Shown: positions 1 to 13,260 of the stretch, in pieces
Position numbering within the stretch: the first letter of the stretch is position 1
Layout of the letters: every line of letters starts with the position of its first letter
Assembly: GCF_018977255.1 (NCBI RefSeq)
Contig: NW_024704742.1
Span: 114,144,001 to 114,208,000, forward strand
Source: Callorhinchus milii
Taxonomy: Eukaryota
Reading direction: 5' to 3'
Length of the DNA stretch: 64,000 bases
Notes under the pieces: generated by a model
What the model was told of the DNA's origin: nothing
Databases searched by the model: none
Seen by the model: only the letters and a program-made list of their open reading frames with translations
Made by a program: the position numbers and the translations under genes

Positions 1-69
1 ATTCCCTTCTCTTTTCAAATAGAGCCATGTGCTCTTTAGCAGCTACCTGAACAGACAGACAGGACCTCA

Positions 70-215
70 ATCATAGAATCATAGAATTATACTGCACAGA
101 AGGAAGCCATTCGGCCCATCATGTCTGTGCCGGCTCTTTGAAAAGAGCTATCCAAATCAATCTCACTCCTCTGCGCTCTCCCCATAGTCCTGCAAACTTG
201 TCTGCCTCAAATAAT
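70..215 (-). mobile_element. CR1 LINE 3' terminal fragment (shark HER1/HE1-type tail)
   Basis: tcatagaatcatagaatt...cacagaaggaagccattcggcccatc matches the 3' end of the long CR1 at 18099-19843. Confidence 0.8.
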
Positions 216-534
216 TATCTACGTACTATCAATGTAACATCTCACTCAAAATATGGCATCTCCAACAATGCAGTGCTTGACACCATAAGACTGCCAGCCA
301 ACAGTCAGGGCAATCTCTGACTTGATTTATGCATCCAGTTACAGGAGGTGGGAATCCTGTAGAAGTAAGATCTGAAGCAACCCCTTGGAGAGATTCCTCC
401 CAAGTGAGTGAATTTAATCACAGATCCTTAATTGTAAACCATCCTATGGAACAGTATATGGAATCCTGTGAATTATTATCAGAAATTACACTTTTAACCT
501 CCATCAATGGCTATGATTTATTTTGACTGCAATA

Positions 535-990
535 CCAACAACAACAATAAAATTTGTAAAGTGCCTTTCACTTCAGGAGGACATACCAAGGCGCTGAATA
601 GTCAGGGATCAGAATCCGAAAGTGAGAAGCTGGGTTGGGATGAGGGAGGGAAGAGGGAGTTGGAGGGCGGCTGAAGGCACGGTCAAGAAGGAGGGTCTTG
701 AGTCGTGCTTTGAAGGAGGCAAGAGAGGGAGCAAGGCGAAGGAATTGTGGGATGGAGTTCCAAACAGTGGGGGCAGAAAGGCTGAAAGCTCGGCCGCTGA
801 TGGTAGGGCGGGTCAGGCGGAAGACATGCAGCAGGCCGGAGCTTGTTGAGCAGAGGGAGTGGACAGGTTGATAGGGTTTCAGCGGGTCAGAGATATAGGA
901 GGGGACAATACAGTGGAGGGCCTTGAAAGTGAGGACGAGGATTTTGAATTCTATCCTCTGAGTCAGTGGAGCCGGGCGAGGGTGGGGTTT
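535..990 (-). mobile_element. L2 LINE 3' fragment
   Basis: (CAA)n tail, reverse complement of the L2 tail hairpin, and C-terminal ORF2 similarity to 16600-17047. Confidence 0.8.
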
Positions 991-1343
991 CCTTCAATAA
1001 ATGAAAGAAATGAAGCAAATAATCATAACTGAGACTTTAGCCATTCTTCAGGGAGCCAGACCTTCATATTATAGTGAAAAATACACTAAAAGGATAGAGG
1101 AAATTATAGGTTCAAATTTTGCTTTTTATGGCCTCTCCTCTCACTATAGAACTCCTGAACTATATTATCCATAGGCATGTCGAAGACAAGGTCCATTAGA
1201 AATGCTTTTTCTTCCCCGGATAATCATTCAGAAACAATTGAGCCCAGAAAATGTAGTCAACAGCAAATACATAGCAGTACACAACTGGATGAGACATCTC
1301 CCAGCTGGCTGCCAGGCTTGGGAAAGGTATCAATGTGTAGAAT

Positions 1344-1716
1344 TATAATAATAATAATAATAATCCTTGCATTTGATATAGCACATTATCACGTCTTCGA
1401 GACGTCTCAAAGCGCTTCACAGAATATATTGCGAAGTGAATTGACTGTATGTTTTGTGGGCGAAACGCAGCAGCCAATTTGGCACAGCAGCGTCCCACAC
1501 AGTCATGGATTGAGTGACCAATTTTTTTTAAAAAGGAATTATTACCCCCTGAAAAGCAACCTGCCAATCGACTAACAACCAGGTTCTTATTTACTGTTAG
1601 GTAAACAGAGGCGTGTGAAGGAAGGAAACTTGCCTAATATTTTTCCCTGCCGGGAATGAAAACCCAGGTTTCTCGCTTGCGAGGCAAGTGCTCTAACCAC
1701 TATGCTACGGGACTTC
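1344..1716 (-). mobile_element. tRNA-derived SINE, long variant, (TTA)n tail
   Basis: Reverse complement of the family at 40395-40758, with tRNA-like head, central insert, Deu-like segment and L2-like tail. Confidence 0.85.
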
Positions 1717-2010
1717 ATAATAATAATAATAATAACCATGACCTTTGGATTTGGTTATAGTGCCTTTCACATCGGGAGGATATCTCAAAATGCCTCACAG
1801 AATTTACTGTGAAGTGGAATGACTGGGCATTTGTAGGTGATCGCAGCAGCTCATTTGCATACAGGTATGTTCCACACACAACCTGAAATGAATGATCAAT
1901 TTGGCCGGACAGCAGGAGAAACTCCCTTTTTTCAAGTAGTGCCATGAGATCTTTAACATCCATCTGAACATGCTGACGGGACCTACGTTTAACATCTCAT
2001 CGCAAGGACG
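1717..2010 (-). mobile_element. Older Deu-domain SINE fragment
   Basis: (TAA)n tail, then gtgccatgagatctttaacatccatctgaac...gacctacgtttaacatctcatc, the reverse complement of a DeuSINE-type core. Confidence 0.7.
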
Positions 2011-3084
2011 ATATTGAAGTTTACAGGTATTTCACGAACGCATGAGTTTCAAGGACATGGTCAAAATTGGCCAGTTTATTCATTATTGATTGAATTGAAA
2101 ATTAAAATCCATAGAGTTTGCTTATCTGTTTTAATGATGCTATTTTCTGGGAACATGTAAGTTGTATTATTACATTAATAAGGTCCAACTAAAATCCTTT
2201 CTCTTTGATTGAGCTTCCAGATATCTTTCCCCCTCTCGCCCACCACCGCAGCCCCCACCCTCAGCTCAGGTGCAAACCAGTCCAGCAGTCTGGGACATTC
2301 TCCTGACGTGAAAGGTGTTAAATAAATGTAAATTTGTGTTGTATTGTAATAAATTAACCAGCTTATGAAATATTGCAGCCAAATTTCAGTATGTATTTCT
2401 GTGGCTGTTAAAGTTGATGGAACGGATCATTTTGGGTTTTATTTATTCTAGTAGTGCAGGGAAAGTGAAAACAAATAACAAAACGCTTCTTGATTTAGAC
2501 CTAGAAATATAGGGATCAATTTTGCAGTAGTTCTTAACATCCATACGCAAATCAGTTAAGAAGTATCTCAAAACTGATTGTATAGTACAGCATTTGTAAC
2601 ATTACTGAAGTCCTTCAGGACACTTGAGACAGTATTAAATAATCCTACCTGTAACTCAAATACTCAGTTTGAATCTACATGTCACCGATTTATTCAGAGT
2701 TTACAGTTCGAGACTATTTGCTCCGTCAGATCTCCTGTCAGAATGCAAGGATGTTTTAGGTATCCCGGGATGTTGCGTCGATAGAAGATAGCTCTGAATT
2801 CCATCCAAGGCCACATAGCAACCACGGCTGGACCAAATTAAAGATGCTGCCTTTGTGTGGGTATGTCTAATCTTCTGCCAAAATATTTAACAGTGATAAT
2901 ATGCCAGATCATCAAGAGCTGTTAAGAATTGATTACACTATTGTAACAGAATCTAACTGGGCAAAAGTTGAAGGAGTTTGATTTTTAATTATTTTTACAA
3001 AAAAAACATTCTGTCTCCTGTCAGATTACTCAGCTGTCCATGTATCATATAATGAAATTGTATTATTTGTTTAGTGAGTAGTGG

Positions 3085-3520
3085 CGTAGTTCAGTTAAAG
3101 ATTGAGAATTATAAGGTACTTGTTAAGAAGGTTGTGGGTTCAAGCCCTGTGTGGGACTTTAAGCTCACCGTCCAGACTGAACCTCCAATATTGTGCTGGG
3201 GGGAGGGGCTGCTGTATTTTTGGCAGTGCCATCCTTTGGATAAGCCATGAAATCGAGGTCTGGTCTGCCTGTTTAAGTGGACGTTAAAGAACTCATAACA
3301 CTATTTAAAAACAGAAGGGAGTGTCCCCAGTGTCCTGGCCAACAAATCTCCAGATAAAATTGACTGTTCACATCATGGCTGTTTGTGGGACATTACTGTG
3401 CATAAATTGATTGCTTTGTTCTAGTACAAGTACACAATCATTACACTGCAGAAAAACTCTGTGAAGTACTTTGCGACATTCTCAGCATTATAGGCACTAT
3501 TTGAAACGCAAGGATGTTTT
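3085..3520 (+). mobile_element. Older full-length Deu-domain SINE (SacSINE1/AmnSINE1-like)
   Basis: A/B-box head (gtagttcagtt...gggttcaagccc), core gaggtctggtctgcctgtttaagtggacgttaaag...ggctgtttgtgggacatt, and decayed L2-like tail. Confidence 0.7.
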
Positions 3521-5774
3521 CTATTTTTACTTAAAAATAATAATAATCCTTGCATTTGATATAGTACTTATGTTTTCTGTGAAGTTTAATGACTTGTATT
3601 TGTAGGCATGTGCAATTTATTAAGGACTGGTAAGAAGTCATACACAAGGTTTTCCAATAGATTATAATAATTATGTTGAAGGACTCCATCTTAGGTTCAA
3701 CGGTTCAAATAGCTTCCTCTTACATTGCAATTCTATGATTCTGATGCCACAATCCTGTAAAAAGCAAAACATAAACTAGAACCTCCATATGGGTTCTCTG
3801 TAAAGCATCATTGACAAGGCACAATTTAAGCTCCAGGACTTCAACAGTTATGTGCTAAAGGACTTCAAGAATCTGGCCAGCATCATCCCTATGGTCTACT
3901 GCACCATTGTCTGTGTAGACCAGTCTTGCTGCAGTCACGGCTTTTCTTAGGCCTTGCTGCCTTACAGATCACCAGTCTAACACTTTCCATAGTGTTTCAC
4001 AGGATATTGATACAAGGACAGACACCAGGAAATATTTATTACTGACTGGAACAGGTTGCCAGGAAGGGTAGTTCAGGCCAGGACACTGGACTCATTTGAA
4101 AAGCAGCTTGATGCTGTGATGGAAGGACCTTCTTTATCCAAAGCAATCTTGTGAACTAAACGGTCCTATAAAGACTATTCCTGCTTTCCACAAAGCGATC
4201 TTGCAAGTACAAATCCGAGACCTTTTCAATTGGCTTTGGGCATTACAATTATTCAGAAGCCCAGTTTTTATTCCCATATTTTCATTAATACTACAAAAAC
4301 TAAAAAACATTTCTTTAGAAAATAGGGCCTGATGTTGAAAGCACTTCAGTACATTTCAGACTTCCTCACGTTAAACGCATCTCTGTTCATGTATTATTCA
4401 TCTTAATTTACAGATAATGTAATGAGCGAATTCTGCTTGCAGATATCCATCAGTGGAGCAGATTTACCTCTCTGTGGGATCTCTAATTATTACAGGAAAT
4501 GTTTCCTCAGCATAAATCCTGCATTTTATGCTAATGAATGTTCTGCAAAGGAAACAGTCTCATGCTACACAGTCACACTCATCAATTTGTTAAAGGGATG
4601 CCAGTGTATTCCAGCTTTGAAATGTTTAGCAAAGCACTTGAAGCATGGAAATGATTACAGTTAAGTGCTTCCAATCATTTGATAAGATGAAAGCCCATTT
4701 GTATGCTAAGGTAGATTAGCACGTGATATGTTTCTGGTTTTACCTTTAAAAGACTTTGAACCTAGTGTAACAGCACTGAAGCATGCTTGTGACAATGGCA
4801 GCCACAGCTTAGCAGAAAATAAAAATTACATTGATGCAATAAGGTACTCAACGAGGTTAATCACATGTGTTATATAAGGTTGTATATCTATTCAAATAGA
4901 TTTGCACAGCACTTGGACGGCTTCATTTGCTTTGTTCCCATCGTTTCCTTTCAGTTGATCATGGACTGACATTGATGGTGATCATTCAGCAAAAAGTATG
5001 GAAACATACCTTAAATGGTAATCCAGTCAAGATGTCTGTCTTCCTGTATACTTGGTCAAAATTAAGGAACAGATTCTTCTGTTCCTTAATTATCACCAGT
5101 AAAATAAATTGTGCTTAAAAAAGTGCCCTTAAAAATAATAATAATAATAATAATTCTTGCATTTGATATCGTGCTTTTCACAAGATTTACCATCAAAAGT
5201 AATCCCTGTGTATTTTGTAGGTGAACTAAAAATCTGTCTTTAGGTTTAGGACTGAATACTGTAACTTTGGGAGAATTGTATATCCCTCAGGCTTCTCTCA
5301 TTCAATTTGGCCACTGTTGTCTTATATTTTACCTAGACTTTTTTTTTGATTTGCAGACAGTAGAACAGCTTTTCAACTTTAGGTCTGTGGTTTCAAAATT
5401 ATTATCTGGCACAAAAACAAAAATCCTTATTCCCTGCAGGCTGATTAAAGACTTTCCTATGATTTAAAAAGGAATTTGATAAATATTTGAAGAGAAACGT
5501 CTAATAAGGTATCATCAATTGTGTCAGTCTGGCTCAGTTGGTAGCAAACGCTTCTGAGTCAGAAGGTTGTGGGTTCAAGCAACATGTTGGGACTTTGAAC
5601 TACACAGTGGAACTGATGGGCGCAACCCTCTCTGGAGGGGTGCAAACAGGTTACTGGGTAAGATTTTTTTCTTGTATTACTGTCATTTTACCCTTGTTGG
5701 GTGGTTGGGTTTGGGGTGGGGAGTGGATTGGGGGGAGAGAGAAGCCGAGCATGAGGAGAGGCTGGGTCTCGGAC

Positions 5775-5796
5775 AGAGAGAGAGAGAGAGAGAGAG
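5775..5796. repeat. (AG)n microsatellite
   Basis: Direct reading. Confidence 0.95.
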
Positions 5797-6179
5797 CAAA
5801 AAGCAAAATATCGGTTTGTCCTGTTCTGCTGCCTGAAGTATTGGTTACTAATCAGCTCATGGCCAAGAGCCAAAGGGGGAAATGAGCAAGTATCTCGCGA
5901 CGAATGTGCGAATAGTGTAGTGTGATGATGTGTGTGGGACATTAATGTCTGAAAGTGGGGGTGCAGCACGAAAAAGTTTGAAAACCATGTCAACAAGACT
6001 GAGGCTCCTCTGCTTGGCTTTTGTCAGTGCCTCCATACCTTGGGCATGGAAGGCCGCCAAACCCCTCATAATAATAATAATAATCCTTGCATTTGTAATA
6101 GTGCTTTTCATGTCTTCATCCACACGTTCATCACATTCAGGGTCAAATATCAAACTTAGGGTTAGGTTTGCCGGCCTTG

Positions 6180-6752
6180 CTTGTCGGCCTCTCCAACTCC
6201 TCCCTCCACAGGCTGCAGATCATCCAGAACTCTGAGGCCAGTGTCTTCTACCGCACCAGGCTCCATGACCCCATCACCACCCAACCTCGCCCAACACCAC
6301 TGGCTTCCCATCACTCAGAAGATACAGTTCAAGATACTTGTCTTCACCTTCAAAGCCCTCCACAGCCTTGTTCTTCCCTACCTCTGTGACCTCCTAACCC
6401 CCTACCAACCTGTCCACTCCTTCTGCTCAGGGGGCTCCAGCCTTCTTCATGATCCTTGCCTTGCCCGCCCCAACATTGGCGGGTGGAACTTTAGCCTCTG
6501 CCCCCATCCTCTGGAACTCCATCCCACAGTTCCTCCACCTCACCCCCTCCCTTGTCTCTTTCAAGAGCCGTCTCAAAACTCCTCTTCGACCGTGCCTTCG
6601 GTCACCCTCCTACCCCTACCTTCCCCACCATCCACCCCTCCTGATCCCAACCACCAGCCAGCTTGGATGCAGATCCCTGACTGTCCAGCACCTTGGGATA
6701 TCCACCTGACATGAAAAGCGCTATACAACTGTAATCTGTAGTTTGTTGTTTT
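6180..6752 (+). mobile_element. L2 LINE 3' fragment
   Basis: Translates HWLPITQKIQFKILVFTFKALHSL and ends in the L2 tail with (TTG)n. Confidence 0.85.
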
Positions 6753-8535
6753 TGGCTGTTTGTGGGACATTGCGGTGTGAAAAATGTTGGAATTGATATC
6801 ACATCAACTAAAACTGCATTGAAAAGCTCTATAGTTAGAGCTGGGCTCCTCCCCCCATCCAGCAAGTGATAACTAGTGCAGATAACTAAGTGCAGTTTTA
6901 GGTCAATGTGATGACTATCACTATAAATAATGTCATGCGCCACATTTTCACAGTCTAGTCACAAGAAATAAATACAAGTTCAGGGATAGTAAGGGGCAGG
7001 ATAGCAATTCTATGCTTGAGGTCAGCTCACAACATATGGCTGGTTGGAGATTTCTCCAAGTCAAAATTTCACATGGGATATCTCCTGGCATATACATTGC
7101 ACCAGCTGCATGAAATTGTCCAGAGTCTGGAGGCAGAACTAACAGCAGACAAATGAAAATCAAGAAGAGGATGAGTTCAACAACAAAACATCTTGCAGGC
7201 ATAAATCTTAATTGATGGTAATGTCAGCGCTTGGTCCTTAGGGTAGATGACTTAAAAAACTGTGCGGTCGAAATTCTGGTCGCCATATGGTACTTGAGTA
7301 AAAGTTGTCTCATGTGAATTTTTGCACCAAAATGTTAACACATGAAAAGTTATTGTGGGCCTTGGCAGAGATAACAATGGGACCATAGGCAATCAGAAAG
7401 TGATTTCAGAAAGGCTCTGTGACCCCCACTTAAACAAGCACAATGAGGTGGTAATTGCCTCTTGGTCATGTTTGCAGTTTATCTATGCTGGTTTCAATGG
7501 AAAATGCCAGCGCAAAGATGAAAGCGTCAATGGAGAGGCAGAGGAGGAGGCTGAGCACTGGAGGGCAGATAGCACTGCATTATGCACAAGATCACAATTG
7601 GTTTGGATGAAGAAGGCCCTTCAGCCCATCTGATCTCATCCTTCCAGAACACCCACTCTACTGCCATCCCATCACAGTATCAAGCTGTTATTTAAATGAG
7701 TCCAGTGTCTTGGCCTCCACCACCCTTCCTGGCAACCATGAATTACCTTCCGAGTAAAGAAAAACCTGTGTTTCAGAGGAAATCTTTTTGGGGTTGGTGG
7801 CTCAAAAAGGTCCTGGACCTGAATTGGGGCCATTCAATGAGCTGAGGACGAGTACGGAGGTACGGAGGTAAGATGATCAGAAGAGGATGATCAAGGATGT
7901 CCTATAGATGAATAGGACGTCCTCCCGACGTGAAAGGTGCTCTATAAATGAAATCTTGTTATTGTTGCTGTTGTATTTACAGCATCTTGTATTTGCCATC
8001 AAAAATGGGGATTGGCACATTGAGCACATTTATTTTGGTCAGCGGGTGTCTGACACTCGTGGAACAACAACAAAATTACATTTGTTCATCACCAATCATA
8101 AGAACATCCAAACCAGAATGAGAGCTCCACATATGCATGCCACCTGCACATGAACATTTCCATATCTGGAATTTCATCCCCCCACTCCTCGCACTCCCCC
8201 CCCCCAGCATCCTTGAAGCAACAGACCCTGAGGACTTAATTCCATGGAGAATTAGTGCAGGTTGGTGAGTGATGAGAGTGTGCGTTGGGGTACAGATGGA
8301 GTTCAACCAGCTAAAACCACAAACGAACCACCATATGTGAAAAGAACCACCATATGTCCAGTGAACAGGCAGGAAATTAGGGTGTAGAATAAATACTTCT
8401 ATCCCCTCATCACCCCAAATTACACCAGAAATCTGTATTTCCAAGCTACAAGTTAGTAGAAACTAAAATTAACAATGCTGTAATAAGGTATTTAACAAAG
8501 TTAATCATACGCTACATAAGGGTGCACATCTACTG

Positions 8536-8840
8536 CAACAACAACTTGGATTTATATAGTGCCCTCCACTCCGGACGGCATCTCAGAGCGCTTCACAGTA
8601 ACGGATCCTGGGACCGAGCCAGGGGGAGGGGGAGGAAGGTGACCAAAGACACGGTCGAAAGGAAAGGTTTTCAGCAGAGACCTGAAAGTAGGAAGAGAAG
8701 GGACAAAGCGAAGGGAGTGAGGAAGGGAATTCCAGAGCCTCGGCGCATAGTGGCTGAAGGCACGGTCGCTGATGGTGGAGCAGAGGACTCGGGGGACAAG
8801 GAGGAGGCCAGATCCGGAGGAACGAAGGCAACGGGCACTG
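8536..8840 (-). mobile_element. L2 LINE 3' end (second tail subfamily); non-inverted arm of an inverted element
   Basis: Minus strand reads SARCLRSSGSGLLLVPR...APRLWNSLP...LKTFPFDRVF, followed by tail gaagcgctctgaga...gagggcactatataaatccaagttgttgttg. Confidence 0.85.
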
Positions 8841-8850
8841 TTTTGAGGTC

Positions 8851-11283
8851 ACAGCCCCATCCAAACCAACATGGCGGCGGGGTGGCCTTCATTTCCAAAG
8901 CTTCCTTTGGTCTTACTCCCTACTCCTCTGGTTGCTTCCCCTCCTTCGAGCACCTCACCCTCTTCCACCCCTCTCTCCCATTGAAAATCCTCCTTGTCTA
9001 CTCCCCCCCTTAAAACCCCAGCTCCTTCCACACAGACATCTCTACTCTCCTCTCTTCCCTGTCCCTCTGCTCCGAATGCCTGCTCATAATGGGCAATTTC
9101 AACCTCCACCTAAACTCCCTCTGCACTACTTCCGCCTACTTCACTGCCCTCCTCTCCTCCCTAAACCTCACCCTTCACATATATTCACCCACCCACAACT
9201 GTGGTCATGCCCTTGACCTCGTTATCACCCACGTCCTTGATATTTCCGACCTTATCAGAGTGGACAAGACCATCTTGGACCACTTCCTCATCTCCTTCTC
9301 CTCTGACATCCCTCTCTCCTCCACCAAGCCCTCAAACATCCTCTACTGCCCTTGGAAAAGGCTACCCCCTGAAACCCTCACAAAGGCCCTAACATCATCA
9401 AACATCCTATCCCTCTGGCCTTCCACCCGTGGAGATCCTGAAGCAGCCGTCCAGCTGCTCCATGATCACCTCTCCTCCACCTTAAACTCCCTCGTCCCCC
9501 TGAAATCCAGGACCATCTCCAAACCCATCCGATCCCCCTGGTACAACAACCATCTCCGCCACCTAAAAACCCAAACCCAGCTGCTCGAGCGCAGATAGCG
9601 GAAAACTGGCCTGACAGTTCACGTGCATCTCCACAGCTACCGCCATTCTTTGACACGCGCAAAAATAGCCTTCTACTCCAACATCATCTTGGAGACTAAA
9701 CACAACCCTAAAATCCTTTTTTCCATCACCCACTACCTCCTCCGTGTCCCCCCTCAGGCCTCTCAATCTTCATGTCAAATGCCAAGTGCAAGGAGATCAT
9801 GGACTTCTTTTCATCTAAAATTCCCAACATCCGCCAGGCAGCCTCATCCACCTGCCTCTTGTCATCCACCACCACGCCCTCTCTGTCCCCCTCACCCTTC
9901 CCATCATCTGCTCCTACCACCACTCCCATCCTACATTCCTTCCTCCCCATCTCTCCCTCCTCCCTCTCACCCACCATCACCTCGATGAAACCCACCACCT
10001 GCTGCCTCGACCTCCTCCTCCAACTTGCTGGTCACCCAGCTCCCCCTCCTCTGCCCACTACTGGTTGACGTCATCAACCAGTCCCTCACCTCCAGATCAG
10101 TCCCTGCCTCCTCAAAACTGCTGTCATCACCCCACTCCTCAAAAAACCTTCCCTAGATCCCTCAAACCCCAGCCACTACCGCCCCGTTTCTAACCTGCCC
10201 TTCCTCGCAAAACTCCTAGAACGCTGTTGCCAATCAACTTCACGCACACCTCTCCTCCCACTCCCTCTTCGAACCCCTCCAGTCCGGTTTCTGCCCCCAC
10301 AGTACAGAGACTGCGCTTGTGAAAGTCACAAACAACATCCTCTCTATCTGTGACCAGGGCTCCCTCTGCCTCCTTGTCCTCCTGGACCTCTCCGCTGCAT
10401 TCGACACAGTCGATCACGCCATCCTCCTCCACCACCTTTCCTCCGTCATCCACCTCAGTGGGACTGAACTCACCTGGTTCGAGTCCTTCCTCACAAACCG
10501 CCAGCAGTACATCTGCACAAATGGCTTCTCCTCCCGCTCTCACCCGGTTACCTGTGGGGACCCCCAAGGATCCATTCTTGGCCCCCTCCTCTTTCTGATC
10601 TACATGCTCCCTCTTGGGGATGTCATCCGCAGACATGGGGTACATTTCCACATGTATGCAGACAACACCCAACTCTATTTTCCCACCTCTCTTTGCGACC
10701 CCCAGTCCCCTGATGTTCTGTCAGCCTGCTTCTCAGACCTCAGGGGCTAGATGAGCGCAAATTTCCTCAGCTGAAAGTTGACAAGATGGAAGCTGTAACA
10801 TTTGGCTCTCGTCAACGTCTAAAATCTCACGGTTCTCACCTCCTCCACCTACCCGACTTCCCCCTAAAACTCTCCGAACCCGTACGCAACCTAGGCGTCA
10901 GGTTCGACCCCCAATTATCCTTCCTCCCCTCTATCCGGTCCCGCACCAGCACTGCTTTCTTCCACCTCCGACGCATCGCCCATCTCCGCCAATAGCTCTC
11001 CCTAAAAGCCGCTGAAACGCTGGTCCATGCCTTTGTCACCTCTTGGCTGGACTATTCAAACGCCCTCCTCGCCGGTCTCCCAGCCACTACCATCCATAAA
11101 ATCCAGATTATTCAAAACTCTGCCGCCCACATTCGCACCCGCACCAAACTTCGCTCCCCGATTACCCCAGTCCTTGCCAGACTGCACTGGCTGCCTGTCC
11201 CAGAGAGGATCGATTTCAAGATCCTCATCCTTGTCTTCAAATCCCTCCACTCCTCCGCAACCCCCTACCTCTCTGACCTCCTC
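8851..11283 (+). mobile_element. L2 LINE ORF2 body (APE endonuclease + reverse transcriptase), degenerate, lacking its 3' end
   Basis: HGGGVAF, MGNFNLH, GHALDLVIT (APE); LLDLSAAFDTVDH, GDPQGSILGPLLF, YADNTQLY (RT); several stops and frameshifts; ends at YLSDLL. Confidence 0.92.
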
Positions 11284-12607
11284 TATCTGAGTCACAGAAT
11301 ATGCACGGCTTACATAATTAATGTAATGCATGGAATTTTAACCCCTGTGTTTTCAAGGTTAAATTGAGCAGTTTTCGATAACCCTTTTCTTGTATTAATT
11401 AATACACAAAATGCATTAATACAGTAAAATCTATCCTTTTTTTAAGGGAACACATTTTCCCTATACCATGGGAAATACATAAAGAATTGTATTCAGTAAT
11501 TGTATACTTCCCATACAGAAACCTCGTCCCTTCCCCCAATGCTTCTTTCTACTGTAATGCTTTCTCCTTCAGCTGCAATGGCCGGACGGTCTGAATTACG
11601 GACTTCTCTACAGCTGCCATCAATTTTACTCTATCCTCTGTAGGCAGGAAGTCTGCTTCAACGGGGTGAGGTGGCCCTGCCCTGCACTGCCAGCTTTTTC
11701 TCTCTAAAGAAAAGGCTAACATGATCATCACACTGTGCTCTATCCAGGATCCTGATTAAAAACTTGCAACATGTTCTCAGGCAAATTCAAAGATTATTCA
11801 AGGGTTTCAAAATTTATGACTGGGTTGAATAAAATCCAAGATTGCTGATTCTGCAAATTTCTCGGGCTAAACATTGCAAACTAGAATGCAAAAGCCACCA
11901 GTAATCCTCAAAGGGCTTGCATTAATTTACATTGTAGCCACAACCTCAGCAGTCAGCTGCCAAAACAGACTGGATCTGTCTTTTACTTGATCACTGCAAT
12001 AGACATTTGGATACTTCCTGAAAGCAATTTTATCAATGCATAATGAAGTGCAATTTTCTTTGTGTGCAGTGGGCCTAGTTTTCACATTGATTTGTATTGC
12101 TGAACCCTTTGAAAACCAACAAAGACATTTCCAAGCTTACTACAGCATTATACTTCACAACCACAGTATATACAAGACCACTGTTCATGTTATAAAGAGG
12201 ACAGAAGCAAATAACACATTATAGCATGTACAATGCAAATCTATTTACCAAGCAATAGCTAAAGCTGCTTTCAAAGAATATCCTTCTATTTCATTACGTT
12301 TCTGTTCTATTTTGCTTTAAAACTGCTCGCAGAAGTTTTGAAAATCAACATTCAAGACTTACTGGTGAATTACATGATGAATACAATGAAATAAAATTAT
12401 ACTTCAGTCTCATTCATAGGATCTGATTTTCAGTCTTGAACGAAAGTGTCTCAGAGAGGACCTTATTGAAGTGTATAACATTTTTAAATGTTACACACCT
12501 CTATAAGGGATTGAAAAAGTAAACCTAAAACAATATTTTCGGATGCACCAAGATCGTAGAACAGTGGGTCATAGGTTTAGAGTTGAAATGGTCAATTTCA
12601 GCATAGA

Positions 12608-12900
12608 CAACAGCAACAACAAATTACATTTGTAAAGTGCCTTTCAAGTCAGGAGGACGTCCCAAAGTACTGGACAGTCAGAGATTTGGACCCGAGCAGG
12701 AGGTTGGGATTAGGGAGGGTGGAGGGAAGGTGAGGGTAGGGGTAGGAGAGTGGCCGAAAGTGCATTTGAGGAGGGTCTTGAGACATGTCTTGAAGGAGGC
12801 AAGGGAGGGAGCAAGGCGAAGGGAATGTGCGCTGGAATTTCAAAGGGTTGAGACAGAGAGGCCGAAGGCCTGACCGCCAATGATGGGGTGGGTCGGACGG
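12608..12900 (-). mobile_element. L2 LINE 3' fragment
   Basis: (CAA)n tail plus reverse complement of the L2 3' region. Confidence 0.8.
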
Positions 12901-13009
12901 GTGATTTGGAGCAGGCTGGAAGTTTTTCCTCACACAGAGGTTAATTAATGATTGGAACAGGCTGATGGGAAGAGTGATGAGAAGACAGCAGAGTGGGTGT
13001 TCTGGAAGG

Positions 13010-13260
13010 ATTGGCCTGCAAGGTTGACAGGAGCTCAGGAAGAATCCCTATCTCAGTGACTGGTCTTCCACCCAACTCCTGGGGATGAGACAGACTGGCT
13101 GGTCTCTTATCAGTAGTGCCTTGGACTACTGTGCAACTGCATGGCTCAGAAACTGGAATACCGAGACCGCCATAGAGCATTGACATGATTCTGACATTCT
13201 GTTGCCAAGCACATCACCTTGGAGTCAGCTCAGCTTCAAGGAGACTGCTTACCTTCCTCT
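13010..13260 (+). repeat. Unclassified dispersed repeat family A copy
   Basis: Similar by eye to 55869-56110 (+), 22421-22550 (+), 17278-17555 (-) and 29560-29682 (-). Confidence 0.6.

Noticed and set aside
6948..7202. 84-aa minus-strand ORF with a signal-peptide-like N-terminus
   Set aside because: Weak start context, no recognisable domain or supporting exons; compatible with chance
11549..11731. Minus-strand ORF resembling a terminal exon
   Set aside because: Unrecognised peptide, no upstream exons found, and it overlaps an equally plausible + strand exon-like segment
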